From the IMG/VR virus record IMGVR_UViG_3300020048_000035: a stretch of 64,000 bases of DNA, one strand, 5' to 3'. Origin of the DNA: an uncultured virus (IMG/VR IMGVR_UViG_3300020048_000035) (taxonomy: Duplodnaviria; Heunggongvirae; Uroviricota; Caudoviricetes). How positions within the stretch are numbered: position 1 is the stretch's first letter; each line of letters starts with the position of its first letter. Of the stretch, positions 20,691 to 31,001 are shown one piece after another. The notes under the pieces were generated by a model. The model was not told the DNA's origin. It was given only the letters and a program-made list of their open reading frames with translations, and made no database searches. The translations under genes and the position numbers were made by a program.

Positions 20691-20719
20691 ATTGTACTTA
20701 GTTTTTATTTAAATGTCAA
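20691..20719 (-). promoter_or_regulatory. Sigma70 early promoter of the isc/def operon
   Basis: TTGACA-17-TACAAT. Confidence 0.85.
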
Positions 20720-20723
20720 CTGA

Positions 20724-21104
20724 TTAACTTAATTTTTTACCAAATCTTTTTTTCATGGCAGAATTGGCACTGTTTGCTACTACTTTTTCGGAATCATCTG
20801 GATTCATTTGTTCTTGGTCAGATCCTTGACCGTCTTGTTCTTCGTTGCCTATATATTTAATTACATCTGGATTGGTTGGATCAATAGGCATTAGCATATT
20901 ACTTAACGGTTCCTGAGCAATTAGGTCATTTATAGTAAGTGGCGATACATTAATTCCAAGGTTTTTTGCCAATTCGACAAATGTTTTTACAGATATTTCT
21001 TTTTTAGCATTGGAATCGCCGGCAATCCCAGATAGCCATTGAACCAGAGATGCCAATTTGTTAGTATCTACTGGTTCAGAATTTTCTATTTCAAATATTA
21101 ACAT
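20724..21104 (-). CDS. Hypothetical late protein
   Basis: 126 aa, coupled to the upstream late gene. Confidence 0.7.
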   Translation of the reverse strand: MLIFEIENSEPVDTNKLASLVQWLSGIAGDSNAKKEISVKTFVELAKNLGINVSPLTINDLIAQEPLSNMLMPIDPTNPDVIKYIGNEEQDGQGSDQEQMNPDDSEKVVANSANSAMKKRFGKKLS

Positions 21105-22096
21105 TAGCGTTTAGCACGACCAAGGCCTGCTTTGCCCATATCAGGTTCATCATCTAACTCAGGTTCATCACCAAAATCAGGTTCCCCACCCATACCAGGC
21201 TCATCACCTAAAGGAGGTTCGTCGCCTAATTCAGGCTCGGCATCCATACCAGGTTCGTCACCAAGTCCTTGCTCCCCACCCATCATGCTTGCTGATTGAT
21301 CTCCAGTAACTACACCAATTGCTTGATCCATACTTTGTTTGGAAGATTGCAATGTTTGAACCAAAGTACCAAGTACCTCAGTGGCATCAGTGTTAAACTG
21401 CATAGCTTGGTCAACACCAACTTGATTCTTCATTTCATCAATTAATCTAGGTAAAGTTTTAAATTGCATACTAGAAACTTCTTCCAGCATTGTTTGAATA
21501 TCATCAGACATGGCTTGTGCCGCTAATACAACCTGCGCTTGTTGAACTTCTGACTCACGCAACATACGGTACAATTGACGACGCATTACCTTACTTTCGG
21601 TTTGTAATGCCGCACCTGCTATATACTGCTGCTCATCTGGAGTTAATGGTTGTTTCTTAATAGCAGCTTTGTCCATGACTGATTTAAGTTTAGGATCAGA
21701 AATAGTATTAACTTGTTGTTGCATTTTTTGTTTAGCAGCAGCATCTCCTGCAACGACATTGGCGTTAGGCTTAGCTTCTGCATTTTGTGCTGCGTTTTGA
21801 GCTGTATTTTTATCAGCACCAGCGGCATCACCAATACCAATAGTAGCAGTTTCTTTTACTTTAGCCTTTAACACACGCTCTAACATCATCAACTTTAAAT
21901 AAGTTGGATTTTTTTCGCTATGATGAAAAGCCGGAGTGGAACGATGCTCAGTTACTAGCTTTTGTACTTTATTAAGCATAGTACGAGCTTGCCGTGGAGA
22001 AATCACATCGACATTAATGCTGTCCCCGAAATAACTTTCGTATACCTTAGCGGCTTGTTTTGATGGCTTGGTCGCGGCCAGTTCGAACATTTTCAT
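21104..22096 (-). CDS. Putative head core/scaffold-like protein
   Basis: 330 aa helical; acidic GDEP repeats; late promoter and SD. Confidence 0.6.
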   Translation of the reverse strand: MKMFELAATKPSKQAAKVYESYFGDSINVDVISPRQARTMLNKVQKLVTEHRSTPAFHHSEKNPTYLKLMMLERVLKAKVKETATIGIGDAAGADKNTAQNAAQNAEAKPNANVVAGDAAAKQKMQQQVNTISDPKLKSVMDKAAIKKQPLTPDEQQYIAGAALQTESKVMRRQLYRMLRESEVQQAQVVLAAQAMSDDIQTMLEEVSSMQFKTLPRLIDEMKNQVGVDQAMQFNTDATEVLGTLVQTLQSSKQSMDQAIGVVTGDQSASMMGGEQGLGDEPGMDAEPELGDEPPLGDEPGMGGEPDFGDEPELDDEPDMGKAGLGRAKR

Positions 22097-22544
22097 TATT
22101 AAATCCTTTTTGTTGATAGTATTTAGCGTAATTGACGCATTTGGTTAATTGTTGCTCAACCTGTTTTTTGTGGATAATTTTAGTTTCTAACTTAGTTTCC
22201 ACAGTTTCACGAAATAGCGCATTTTTACTACGATCCGCTACGTTTGCCCTTGTGGTAATATCATTAGATAAAGATCTTAATTTATTATCCAAAATTAAGA
22301 TATCACGTGCTAAATTATAATTAGAAAATTTGTTGGCTATGCACCAGCTTAGTGCTGTTTTTGTGCTACTAAACTTGCCCATATCTGTTCCTGAACAATA
22401 AACATGATATACTGCTTTTTCTTTCTTTATCACATATCTTCCAAAAATCTCAAAGCTGCCATCCTTATTTTGAAAAATAAGGTTATTTAATATATTAGGA
22501 AATTCTTTCCTAAAGGCGTTGTCAAACTCAATTTCTGATTTCAT
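22047..22544 (-). CDS. Hypothetical protein
   Basis: 165 aa ORF in late cluster. Confidence 0.65.
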   Translation of the reverse strand: MKSEIEFDNAFRKEFPNILNNLIFQNKDGSFEIFGRYVIKKEKAVYHVYCSGTDMGKFSSTKTALSWCIANKFSNYNLARDILILDNKLRSLSNDITTRANVADRSKNALFRETVETKLETKIIHKKQVEQQLTKCVNYAKYYQQKGFNNENVRTGRDQAIKTSR

Positions 22545-22804
22545 TTTATAATATAATGTGCTATAAAGTATCCAACGATTGCCACTAATGTTCCAATAAT
22601 CCCAATACCCCAGCCAATTAAACGATCACTATTTTTTTCAGCCATTTTTGCCAAAGAAACTTTAACGTCGGTTATTTCAGAACAAAGATGAGTAATCTTA
22701 TCATCCACTGTCGTTATTTTATTCTCAAGAGCATTATAACGCTCAGCACATAATTCAACATGCGCTTCTAGACTTTTTTTCTCAATATCGGTGGGTTCAA
22801 CCAT
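22541..22804 (-). CDS. Coiled-coil protein with C-terminal TM (holin/XhlA-like topology)
   Basis: 87 aa; late promoter and GAGG SD. Confidence 0.55.
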   Translation of the reverse strand: MVEPTDIEKKSLEAHVELCAERYNALENKITTVDDKITHLCSEITDVKVSLAKMAEKNSDRLIGWGIGIIGTLVAIVGYFIAHYIIK

Positions 22805-22825
22805 AATGTTTCCTCAATAGTATAT

Positions 22826-23239
22826 TTAGTATAATAAGTTAAACCATATATTTTGATTATCTCCATTTACTATCAAATATGGCGATAATTCATTTTTATT
22901 ATCTAAATTTACTAACATTGGAACTCCATTACAGTCAGATAATAACATTTCCGTGGGATTTTCTTCTGGTCCAAATACATACGGTGCGTCTACTTCAAAT
23001 TCAAAATTCCATATTTTATCTACTTGGGTAGGGCTATCTAATTTGGCAATTTGTGTACGCAATCCTATCAATTGGGTTAATGTTTCCCAGTTACGTTGTT
23101 GATTTCTGGATCTATTCCATGTTAATTCATTTGTTATATCTGTTCCTGCTAAATCCTTAAATGGTACTCGTGAAGATTTATAATGACCAGTGACACCAGT
23201 GGCGGTAATATCAAATAAAGTTTTACAAGAAAATCTCAT
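22826..23239 (-). CDS. Conserved hypothetical phage protein
   Basis: 137 aa; TLFDITATG, RNQQRNWET. Confidence 0.7.
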   Translation of the reverse strand: MRFSCKTLFDITATGVTGHYKSSRVPFKDLAGTDITNELTWNRSRNQQRNWETLTQLIGLRTQIAKLDSPTQVDKIWNFEFEVDAPYVFGPEENPTEMLLSDCNGVPMLVNLDNKNELSPYLIVNGDNQNIWFNLLY

Positions 23240-23481
23240 TCCGAATCTTTGGATAATTCATATAACATCTCAGCTTTGGTACATACATCATTGAGCGCCG
23301 GATTATTACGCCTAGCATTAAAAATGTTCAGCCAACGCTCGTATTCTGCGGTTTCTTTCGCACGAACCTCATCTTTGGAATGTAAATGTCGCGTATGTTC
23401 ACCCGGCTTGCGTGCGTACACTGTGCGTCCTCCGTCTGGGCTTTCAAAAATTGTTAACTCTGTTATTTTGCTGGCAATCAT
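23236..23481 (-). CDS. Conserved hypothetical phage protein
   Basis: IFESPDGGRTVYAR motif; start MIASK after TAAATA. Confidence 0.7.
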   Translation of the reverse strand: MIASKITELTIFESPDGGRTVYARKPGEHTRHLHSKDEVRAKETAEYERWLNIFNARRNNPALNDVCTKAEMLYELSKDSE

Positions 23482-23520
23482 AATATGTGTGTATTTAACT
23501 AATTGTAACATAGTGCCAAC

Positions 23521-23543
23521 AAAAAGCCCCTTGCGGGGCCTTT
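23521..23543 (-). terminator. Intrinsic terminator
   Basis: GCCCC-GCAA-GGGGC-TTTTT. Confidence 0.85.
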
Positions 23544-23545
23544 AA

Positions 23546-23797
23546 TTATGGCTTACTTACAAACTGATTAAGTTTTTCAGCTTCTTCAATAATCATATCT
23601 GTACTGGGAAAAGCTGGCATAATGGGAAACTGTAATGCTAACTGTTCTTCAGTAGGACCTTCTACTCCAACAAAGACTTCTCTTTTGGACATAAATTCGT
23701 CCATAAGATTTTGTCGTTTTTGGAATACTGGCTCATATAGTGAATCTTTTGCCAGCTTTAAAAGTTCGAGACGAATCTCATAAGGTGTTTTGCTCAT
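23546..23797 (-). CDS. Small conserved phage protein (PYEIRLELL family)
   Basis: 83 aa; monocistronic between promoter and terminator; AAGGAG SD. Confidence 0.8.
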   Translation of the reverse strand: MSKTPYEIRLELLKLAKDSLYEPVFQKRQNLMDEFMSKREVFVGVEGPTEEQLALQFPIMPAFPSTDMIIEEAEKLNQFVSKP

Positions 23798-23870
23798 AGT
23801 TTTCTCCTTGTGTGAATGTGTGTGTTTAAAACACGAGCAATATTATTTAGTCTTGAAAAATATACTCAAC

Positions 23871-23893
23871 AAAAAACCCGCAAAAGCGGGTTT
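23871..23893 (-). terminator. Intrinsic terminator
   Basis: AAACCCGC-TTTT-GCGGGTTT-TTT. Confidence 0.85.
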
Positions 23894-23918
23894 AGTGTTT
23901 TTAAAGATGACTTTAAAA

Positions 23919-24359
23919 TTAGCTTGCTGTTGTAGCTGTTGAAGCTAAACGGAAACCTACGTCTGTTACAGTTGCGCCAGAAGCGTCGTAGCCTGTACCG
24001 GCAACGTTAGAACCTAACGCACGGATAGCCACTTGCAGTGTAGCTGCTGTGTAAGCTGCTGTTGGATATACAGCCAATGACATGTTTGTAACGTTAGCTG
24101 TAGCAGCAACTTGATAAATTGCAACTGTTGCTGTTTGCTGAATAGTTTGCAAAATTGTCTGGATTGCGCCGTTAACGCCAGCTTGAGCTGAAGGATCAGC
24201 ACCCAAGTCTACTCCAAAGAAGTCCAGTTTTGGACCCATGAAGTTAACTGGTACACCTGCTGGTGCGTATGTTGCGTTTGCTGCTAACTGTGGGCCGTTA
24301 AGCGTGTCAGTTGCGAATACTGGTTGTGAACCACCTGATACTAATGGAATTGATGCCAT
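23919..24359 (-). CDS. Abundant structural protein (possible capsid decoration)
   Basis: 146 aa Ala/Thr-rich; own late promoter, AGGAG SD and terminator. Confidence 0.65.
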   Translation of the reverse strand: MASIPLVSGGSQPVFATDTLNGPQLAANATYAPAGVPVNFMGPKLDFFGVDLGADPSAQAGVNGAIQTILQTIQQTATVAIYQVAATANVTNMSLAVYPTAAYTAATLQVAIRALGSNVAGTGYDASGATVTDVGFRLASTATTAS

Positions 24360-24398
24360 TTTAAATCTCCTAGTTTATGGACTCTGAGGTCCTACATC

Positions 24399-24404
24399 TA
24401 TTTA
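24399..24404 (-). promoter_or_regulatory. Late promoter core
   Basis: CTAAATA, followed by a small GGAC/GTCC hairpin and SD. Confidence 0.7.
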
Positions 24405-24439
24405 GTAAGAAATAAAAAAAAATGAGTTCTTGGGTTAAT

Positions 24440-26009
24440 TTATTCGTTATTTTGGAGATTATCTCTAGTGAACCCAAATCTATTGACAAATTTGGTAATT
24501 CCACCTGGTGTAGCAACTACCCACCCTTCTTGACCTGGATGTTGTCTATCTAATTGTTGTAATAAATCAAGTTTAATTTTATGTANNNNNNNNNNTCATT
24601 GTAAATGCCGCAAATGCCGCACTTATACCGTCCATGTTTGAGCGTGGACTTTGTAGGTATTCTACTATATTTCTGTATTTTTGTGGGGTCACATGCTCCT
24701 TTAACCAGCCGCCAAATTCAGGAATCAATGTTTCCATATCGAAATCAGATAAATTTTCATTTTTTACTACACTATTAATGTACTCTATACACAGTTTTGG
24801 AAAGTCACTAATTTGTAATTGTCTAAGTTCAGCCGGATTGAACAGCATATCAATAGATTTTCCATCTTCTTTTACCAAACTTTTTAAGTCTTTAAGTAAT
24901 ATCAAATCAGTGGGTTTAATATTTTCTTTTGGTCTAATAGGTTCAATTAGTAATAAACCCGGAACTGATTTAAATTTTATCTTTCCAATAGGTTGGCTAG
25001 ATACACGGTGTTCTTTGTAGTATGTATGAATAGCTATACCCACTTGACTATTGGTAATTTCATTTCCTAATTTAGTGTTGACAGGAATTTTATACTCAAT
25101 TGTATTGGGCTTGAATACCACTGATCCACTTTCTTCTGGCGGGGTTTCACTATAAAGTAAATCTCCATGGACAAATCCTGTAAAGTTTTTTGGAACAGCC
25201 TTTTCTAACATAGGCCATAACATCTTATATACAGGTCCAAGTTCTCCCACACGATTACTTGGTTTTCCAACAGCGGCTGATTTAGCATCGCGGGTAGCTA
25301 AATGTTCAGTGATATCATCTGGGCTTGAGAATAGTCCATTATATCCTGTTGCGGTAAACCCACTGATGTCAGTTAATACAAATCTACCATCTGACTCTCT
25401 ACCAAATACAATTGCTGGCTTTCCGTCCCACTTCACCGTGACACTATTTGGAGTATCATCACGCAAATGTTGAATGTGTCGAATAGCATCTTTAATACCA
25501 GATGTTCCTTTCCTAAAAACTAAATCTTCTATATGGTCAATACCTTTTTTCCTACCGCCATTAATTTTAATTTCATCTGATTCAATTAACTTTAGCATGC
25601 CTTGATTGACTATGCGATTACGTAATCTAGATAAAAAGTTTACATCAGATTCGTTGTGAGTTTCGTTGGGTTTTACAAAGCTAAAATCGGTTTGAACATA
25701 GCCATTACTAGGATTACCGTTGATAGGAGTTCTAAAATAAATTCTTGATCCTGAATTTTTTACATATTCTCTTGCTTTCAACTCATGACTGTTGCACCAT
25801 TGTGTTATTTCAGCCATTAATTGATCTGGAGATATTTTACTAGAGTCTATTGTTAGTTCTAATTTACCCAAACTGTGCTCATCGGCATTAGTTAAATTGT
25901 TTATCAGATCAAGTTCCAACATTTGTTCAAGCCAAGTCAATGTTGTTTTAACATCAGTTTGGTTTATTCGTTGTGTAATTGATTGCCCATCGCCATTCTT
26001 AAATATCAT
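24440..26009 (-). CDS. Degenerate nucleotidyltransferase-like domain fused to an ATP-dependent (RNA) ligase-like domain (spans N gap 24586-24595)
   Basis: TVKWDG (motif I), FVHGDLL (III); after the gap EGWVV (IV) and KFVNR (V); stop at 24440. Confidence 0.7.
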
Positions 26010-26011
26010 GA

Positions 26012-27068
26012 TTAGTACGCCTGATAATTTTTAATATAATCTATTAATGCTTTTGGTGTTATTTCTCTATTATCTAATTTTTGTTTTAGCGAAGCAACTA
26101 TTTTTGGATCTAACTTTAAATTTTGTATTACATCATTCTGAGCATAGCTAAATTGAGAATTAGGCGAATCATTGTCACTGGTATTACCATGTGGGTTATC
26201 TTTAACTGCCTGTGATGCTATAGAATAATAACTAGAAAAAGCCGATTGTAAAGCAGTTGGGTTACCTTGAGCTGCTACTAATTTTGCCAGCGCATCATCA
26301 AGTGCTTTTGCTATGGTTTCGTCTTGTCTTGCTGCTGCTAGCCCAGGTATTTCCCTATCAATCCATCCTGGAAAATCTCGTTGTATGTTGTAAATTTCGG
26401 TAAGAAATTCTGTACTTTCTGTTGTTTTCTTTCGTCCTTTGCGAGGAGTATTTAGATTGGTTGGACTTGCGGTATGTCGCGTTCCAGTTGGGGTAGATTG
26501 TGCTATTCCACCGGTACTAGTTGTTATTGGAGGAGTAGGTTGTGCCCCGAATTGGTTTACCATTTGTTTAAATCGTTTTCTACTACCAGGCGGAACTGCT
26601 GGGGTAGATGTAGTTGGTTTTCTTGTTGTTTTAGTTGCTGACTTAGTAGGTACCTTTTTTGTTTGAGCGGTTGCTGGATTAGCGGTTGCTGGGTTAGCGG
26701 TTGCTGGATTAGCGGTTGCTGGATTAGCGGTTGCTGGGTTAGCGGTTGCTGGATTATTTCCTACCCCGCCCGCAGGCATGTTTGGTCCTACAAACTGAGA
26801 CATAAATTTCTGCAAAGCTACTTTTGCTTTAAATTGTGGGCCGGCAGTTCNNNNNNNNNNCATCTGCCCATTTGTCATACCCAGCACTTGCTTTATTAAT
26901 ACTAGTCTTGGCTGCTCCAACAACAGCGTTACCAACTGTTTTTGCCGCGTTATAACCAGTTTTTGCTACGTTGTATCCAGTTTTGGCAGCACTTACTGCT
27001 TTTTTTACGCCATCAAGGATTCCCTCGTCCGTACGCCGCGAGCCCTTAGTTATTTCATGAATTTCCAT
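26012..27068 (-). CDS. Low-complexity putative internal virion protein (spans N gap 26851-26860)
   Basis: MEIHEI.. N-terminal part joins the ANPAT-repeat part across the gap. Confidence 0.65.
26666..26755. repeat. 15-bp tandem repeat x6 encoding (NPATA)6
   Basis: agcggttgctgg[a/g]tt units in the order A-B-A-A-B-A. Confidence 0.95.
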
Positions 27069-27303
27069 CTGTTTTCCTTACTGTACGGGTAAATTTACTG
27101 GGATCTCGCAATTTGATAGCATTAATTAACTTACGGGTAAGATTCTCTGCCTGTGCAGGCGTGTAGGTATCATCAATTTGCTCCAATAAGCGTATAGCCG
27201 AGGAAATTATATTATTGGCACGATTTTCAATAATATGTCGTTGATCACGATCAACATACATAGAATCTAATTCTTCCAATAAACTGCGGGTTTTCTTTTG
27301 CAT
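27055..27303 (-). CDS. Conserved hypothetical phage protein
   Basis: 82 aa; KTRSLLEEL motif; late promoter upstream. Confidence 0.7.
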   Translation of the reverse strand: MQKKTRSLLEELDSMYVDRDQRHIIENRANNIISSAIRLLEQIDDTYTPAQAENLTRKLINAIKLRDPSKFTRTVRKTDGNS

Positions 27304-27351
27304 TCAGTTATAAACCTTTTTATTATTTATTACAATTCCAAATATAAAGTT

Positions 27352-28764
27352 TTAAACTAATTTATTTTTCTTTAAGTCAGCCAGCATGGTGTTTAATTTT
27401 ATAGTATTCAAATCAGATGGTATTTTAGATACTTCCCCTGTTTCTAAATCGACTACTTCATTGTTAATTACCGTACTTTGTGGCTTAATAGTGTTATAAA
27501 TGCTTGGTCTGGCAAACGAGTTTACTGGAGGTGCGTCTTCAGGTAAATCGGTAATTCTCATGGTTTCAATATTGTATCCTAATTCAACAGTTTGCCCATT
27601 ACCAGTACTAGTACGAGTTTTCATACATTGTATTTGATAGCGACCTTGCTCTTTTAATGCTCTGCTGGTAAAGATACCAAACACATTATCTGCTGTATTA
27701 ATCTTACTGATACCACCTGAAATATGACTGTGATCAAATGCTTGTTCTTCCACGGCTGATCTATTTAATTGGCTGGCTGTGACAAATAATATGTTCAGTT
27801 CTTTGGCTAAATTCCGCAATTCCTCTGACACATACTTGTCCTTCACGAATAGATCATTTGGACTTACCTTGGCTGATACCGGCATTAATAAATCCAAATA
27901 ATCAACCATTACAAAATCAATTTTAATACCAGTTTGTATTTGAACTTCTTTTAAATAAGCTCTGATATCATTAACATTACTTTGAGCCGGCAATCCCTTA
28001 ACACGATATTGCCCTGCTTTTTTACCAAACATTTTAACTTTTAACTCAGAGGTATCCATGTCTTTTCTAATTTCCTTAGTTGACATACTGGATAACATGG
28101 CGTCGGTACGCAATCCAACCAATTCTTCACTAAGTTCTAGACTGATATAAGCACCACTTAACCCTAGTTCTAACCAACTAATGGCTATGTTCATCATAAC
28201 CAATGACTTGCCAGATCCTGATCCTCCGGCAAAAATATTCAATTCCCCACGACTAAACCCACCATATAATAGTTTATCTAAGCTAGGCCATCCGGTAGTT
28301 ACTTGCCCTCCACTATTAAAATATTTGTCATTCCGATCCCGTGGGTTGGCAAAGTAGTCCGTTCCCATATCTTTTTGTAGACTAATTTGGACAGCATCTT
28401 TGATCAATTTTTCAACTGGACCAAATTCACCCTTTTCCAGTAAATCCGCTGACTTAAGAATAGCCCGCTCAAGTTCTTGTCGTTGAGTAAATTTTTCAAA
28501 CTCTTCCATGAACCATGCCAAACTACCATCGGGTAAGTCAGGAACTTCACTTAGCTTTATACCGGTAGTGGCTGATACCTGTGCTAAAATAGGTATAGAA
28601 CTGTGATCTTGGTAGTGAGTATTAATAAACTCCGCAGCAGGTTTAAGGCTGCGATCAAAGTTTGCTGGGTTATAAATATTTTGAACACGAATAAAAGATT
28701 CAGCATCCTGTAACATTATCTCCAAGAATAATCTTTGTATTTCAATTCCGTAATCGTTTAACAA
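27352..28764 (-). CDS. gp41: Replicative DnaB-like helicase (T4 gp41-like)
   Basis: Walker A GGSGSGKS, ISLELSE, VDYLDL, TASQLNR. Confidence 0.93.
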   Translation of the reverse strand: MLNDYGIEIQRLFLEIMLQDAESFIRVQNIYNPANFDRSLKPAAEFINTHYQDHSSIPILAQVSATTGIKLSEVPDLPDGSLAWFMEEFEKFTQRQELERAILKSADLLEKGEFGPVEKLIKDAVQISLQKDMGTDYFANPRDRNDKYFNSGGQVTTGWPSLDKLLYGGFSRGELNIFAGGSGSGKSLVMMNIAISWLELGLSGAYISLELSEELVGLRTDAMLSSMSTKEIRKDMDTSELKVKMFGKKAGQYRVKGLPAQSNVNDIRAYLKEVQIQTGIKIDFVMVDYLDLLMPVSAKVSPNDLFVKDKYVSEELRNLAKELNILFVTASQLNRSAVEEQAFDHSHISGGISKINTADNVFGIFTSRALKEQGRYQIQCMKTRTSTGNGQTVELGYNIETMRITDLPEDAPPVNSFARPSIYNTIKPQSTVINNEVVDLETGEVSKIPSDLNTIKLNTMLADLKKNKLV

Positions 28765-29734
28765 GCTGTTGCTTCCTTATTTCAATTTTAATCTTGCTAG
28801 TTTCTTTGGCTTGTAATATAGTCAGTAGTGTTGCTACTTTACCTAGTTTACACACAGCATCATTTACATCCTTGATGCCTTCTGGCCAAATGGGGATACT
28901 AACTGCCCATCTTAATTCTACAGCACGGTCTATTAATTCTAACCCAGCTTTGTCTTGATCTGGTACTACTATTATTTCTTTGCCTATATTTCTTATTAAT
29001 CTAGCTTGAGCATCATTAACTGTATTGTGCATCAACGCTAATCCGTTAATACTTAGTGCGTCAAATATACCTTCGGTTACTATTACATACTGCCAATTAT
29101 GCTTTTGTAAATCGGTACCAAATACATATCCAGGTTGAAAATCATTGATCCACACTGGTTGTTTCCCATCTATAAACCTTGTTGTATTACCTACTATCAC
29201 ATTATCATATGTAAATGGAATCATAACGTGTGGACGAGTCCAATGAATTCCGTCACTAGATCTAATCATGTATGGATAGTCTGTTGGAGCATGCCGATGT
29301 AGTAAGTAAGCAAACTGCATGGGATGTTCGTCTTCTTCAAGTAAAACAGAGTCTTTTGGCAGAGGAAACTCTTTGAACCTTACTCCAGCCAATTGATCTG
29401 CTACCTGACGTTTTTCACGATCATACAGCATACCATCCATGGATCTATGCCGCATACTTTCTAAATTAATACGCTCAATTTCTTCTTGAGGAACATTAAG
29501 CCATGTTAATAAATTACGAGCCTTTATGCTTAAATTACGACCCAGTATAAAACTAGCAGTGTAGCCGCAGTTAAAACAATGATAACTCCACCCGTCATCA
29601 TTAGACTTGATTCCACCACGCTTTCTTTTATCTTGACTATCACCATTGTGTATACAGCATGGAGCATTAAACGACACCCATCCAGAGCTTGTGTGTTTTC
29701 TATTTGAAGGCAAAAATGAGAATATGTCAATCAT
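28742..29734 (-). CDS. gp61: DNA primase (T4 gp61-like)
   Basis: Zn finger CCIH..CFNC, TOPRIM EGIFDA, PDQD, KDVND. Confidence 0.88.
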   Translation of the reverse strand: MIDIFSFLPSNRKHTSSGWVSFNAPCCIHNGDSQDKRKRGGIKSNDDGWSYHCFNCGYTASFILGRNLSIKARNLLTWLNVPQEEIERINLESMRHRSMDGMLYDREKRQVADQLAGVRFKEFPLPKDSVLLEEDEHPMQFAYLLHRHAPTDYPYMIRSSDGIHWTRPHVMIPFTYDNVIVGNTTRFIDGKQPVWINDFQPGYVFGTDLQKHNWQYVIVTEGIFDALSINGLALMHNTVNDAQARLIRNIGKEIIVVPDQDKAGLELIDRAVELRWAVSIPIWPEGIKDVNDAVCKLGKVATLLTILQAKETSKIKIEIRKQQLVKRLRN

Positions 29735-29739
29735 GCTAC

Positions 29740-29769
29740 AGTATAGCAAATTATGTTGCGCTAAATCAA
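29740..29769 (-). promoter_or_regulatory. Sigma70 promoter, leaderless
   Basis: TTGATT-18-TATACT, 5 nt before ATG 29734. Confidence 0.65.
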
Positions 29770-29782
29770 CTTTAATGGTAAA

Positions 29783-30931
29783 TTATCTGTATAAAATATT
29801 AGTAGCGTAACCAGTTGAAATGATTGGCAGAGCACCTTGATTTGCCGGAGGAACAGGATACGCAGCGGGATTAACGCCACCGGACGGAATAGGCCAATAT
29901 CCTTGACCACCATCTATAATATTAAACCCAGTAACAACACCATATTGATTTATTATTGATTCAACTACAGCACCAGATCCGTTACCTAAAATATCAACCT
30001 TGGGTGGCGCAAGATATCCTGCTCCACCATTCTGAACAATCATGGAAGTTAGCACACCATCATTACAAACTGCGTAAGCTGAGGCAGGAATTCCAGGAGG
30101 ATTTGGTGTAGCGAAAATACTATTATTAAAACACAGTCTTAATAATGGATACCATCCCACTACATTCATATAGATAGTACCAGTCTTGTTTAAGTAGGTA
30201 GTAGATTCAGTAACGTTGTGCCAGACACTTTGGTAATTTTGTGCCCATTGCGCTTTAATCGTACCTGTATATCCAATCAAGTCCATTTGAATAGTAGTTA
30301 CATAATTACGTGGAGCAATGAAACTTGAATAAAATTCTGTATTTTGGTAGGTGTTAAAATAGTTACTGCCATTACCACCGTAATACCAATTTCCCGCCCA
30401 GCCTGGGTAATTTTGAACGCCCGCACCATCCAATGACGCTTGCGAAGTTAAACTCATTGTCGGCATAGTACATGGGATTGAAGGCACAAATCTTGGGAAA
30501 ACTGAGTTAACAAGATCAATCGGAGCTCTTGCCCCAGCCTGTGCGTTGGTGAATACTGCTTGGTTTAGATTGCCACTCTGAACACTGATTGAATAGCTGG
30601 CTAGTTGGGCAATTATCTCTAGAGTGTGCTCGGCTGGGATAGAAACTTTAACTTGCCCTGTCGCGGCATTAAGAATAGTCATTGGCTCTTGCAACAGTAA
30701 AATTGTTCCTGCTGTATTAGTAATACGGAAGGTAAAAGTACATCCGTTTACGTTAACAGGCTTTTCGTCCTGATTAACAAAGGAAAATAAGAGCACATTA
30801 TCTACTCCTAGATTAAGGGTTAGGCGTTTGGCGTACACGGGATTATACCTCATTGTAAAATATTGCCCACTGCTGTCAAGCAATAGCACTTGTGTTCGTT
30901 GCTGGAAAAGATAAGCTGTGGTTGAATACAT
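29783..30931 (-). CDS. Putative structural (baseplate/tail) protein
   Basis: 382 aa beta-rich; NGGAGY..PP.V and GGQGY repeats; late promoter. Confidence 0.65.
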   Translation of the reverse strand: MYSTTAYLFQQRTQVLLLDSSGQYFTMRYNPVYAKRLTLNLGVDNVLLFSFVNQDEKPVNVNGCTFTFRITNTAGTILLLQEPMTILNAATGQVKVSIPAEHTLEIIAQLASYSISVQSGNLNQAVFTNAQAGARAPIDLVNSVFPRFVPSIPCTMPTMSLTSQASLDGAGVQNYPGWAGNWYYGGNGSNYFNTYQNTEFYSSFIAPRNYVTTIQMDLIGYTGTIKAQWAQNYQSVWHNVTESTTYLNKTGTIYMNVVGWYPLLRLCFNNSIFATPNPPGIPASAYAVCNDGVLTSMIVQNGGAGYLAPPKVDILGNGSGAVVESIINQYGVVTGFNIIDGGQGYWPIPSGGVNPAAYPVPPANQGALPIISTGYATNILYR

Positions 30932-31001
30932 GATACTATTTAGCGATATTTAACAACTTATTTTGGTAACATAAATATTGACATATGAAAACTGCCACAA
31001 A

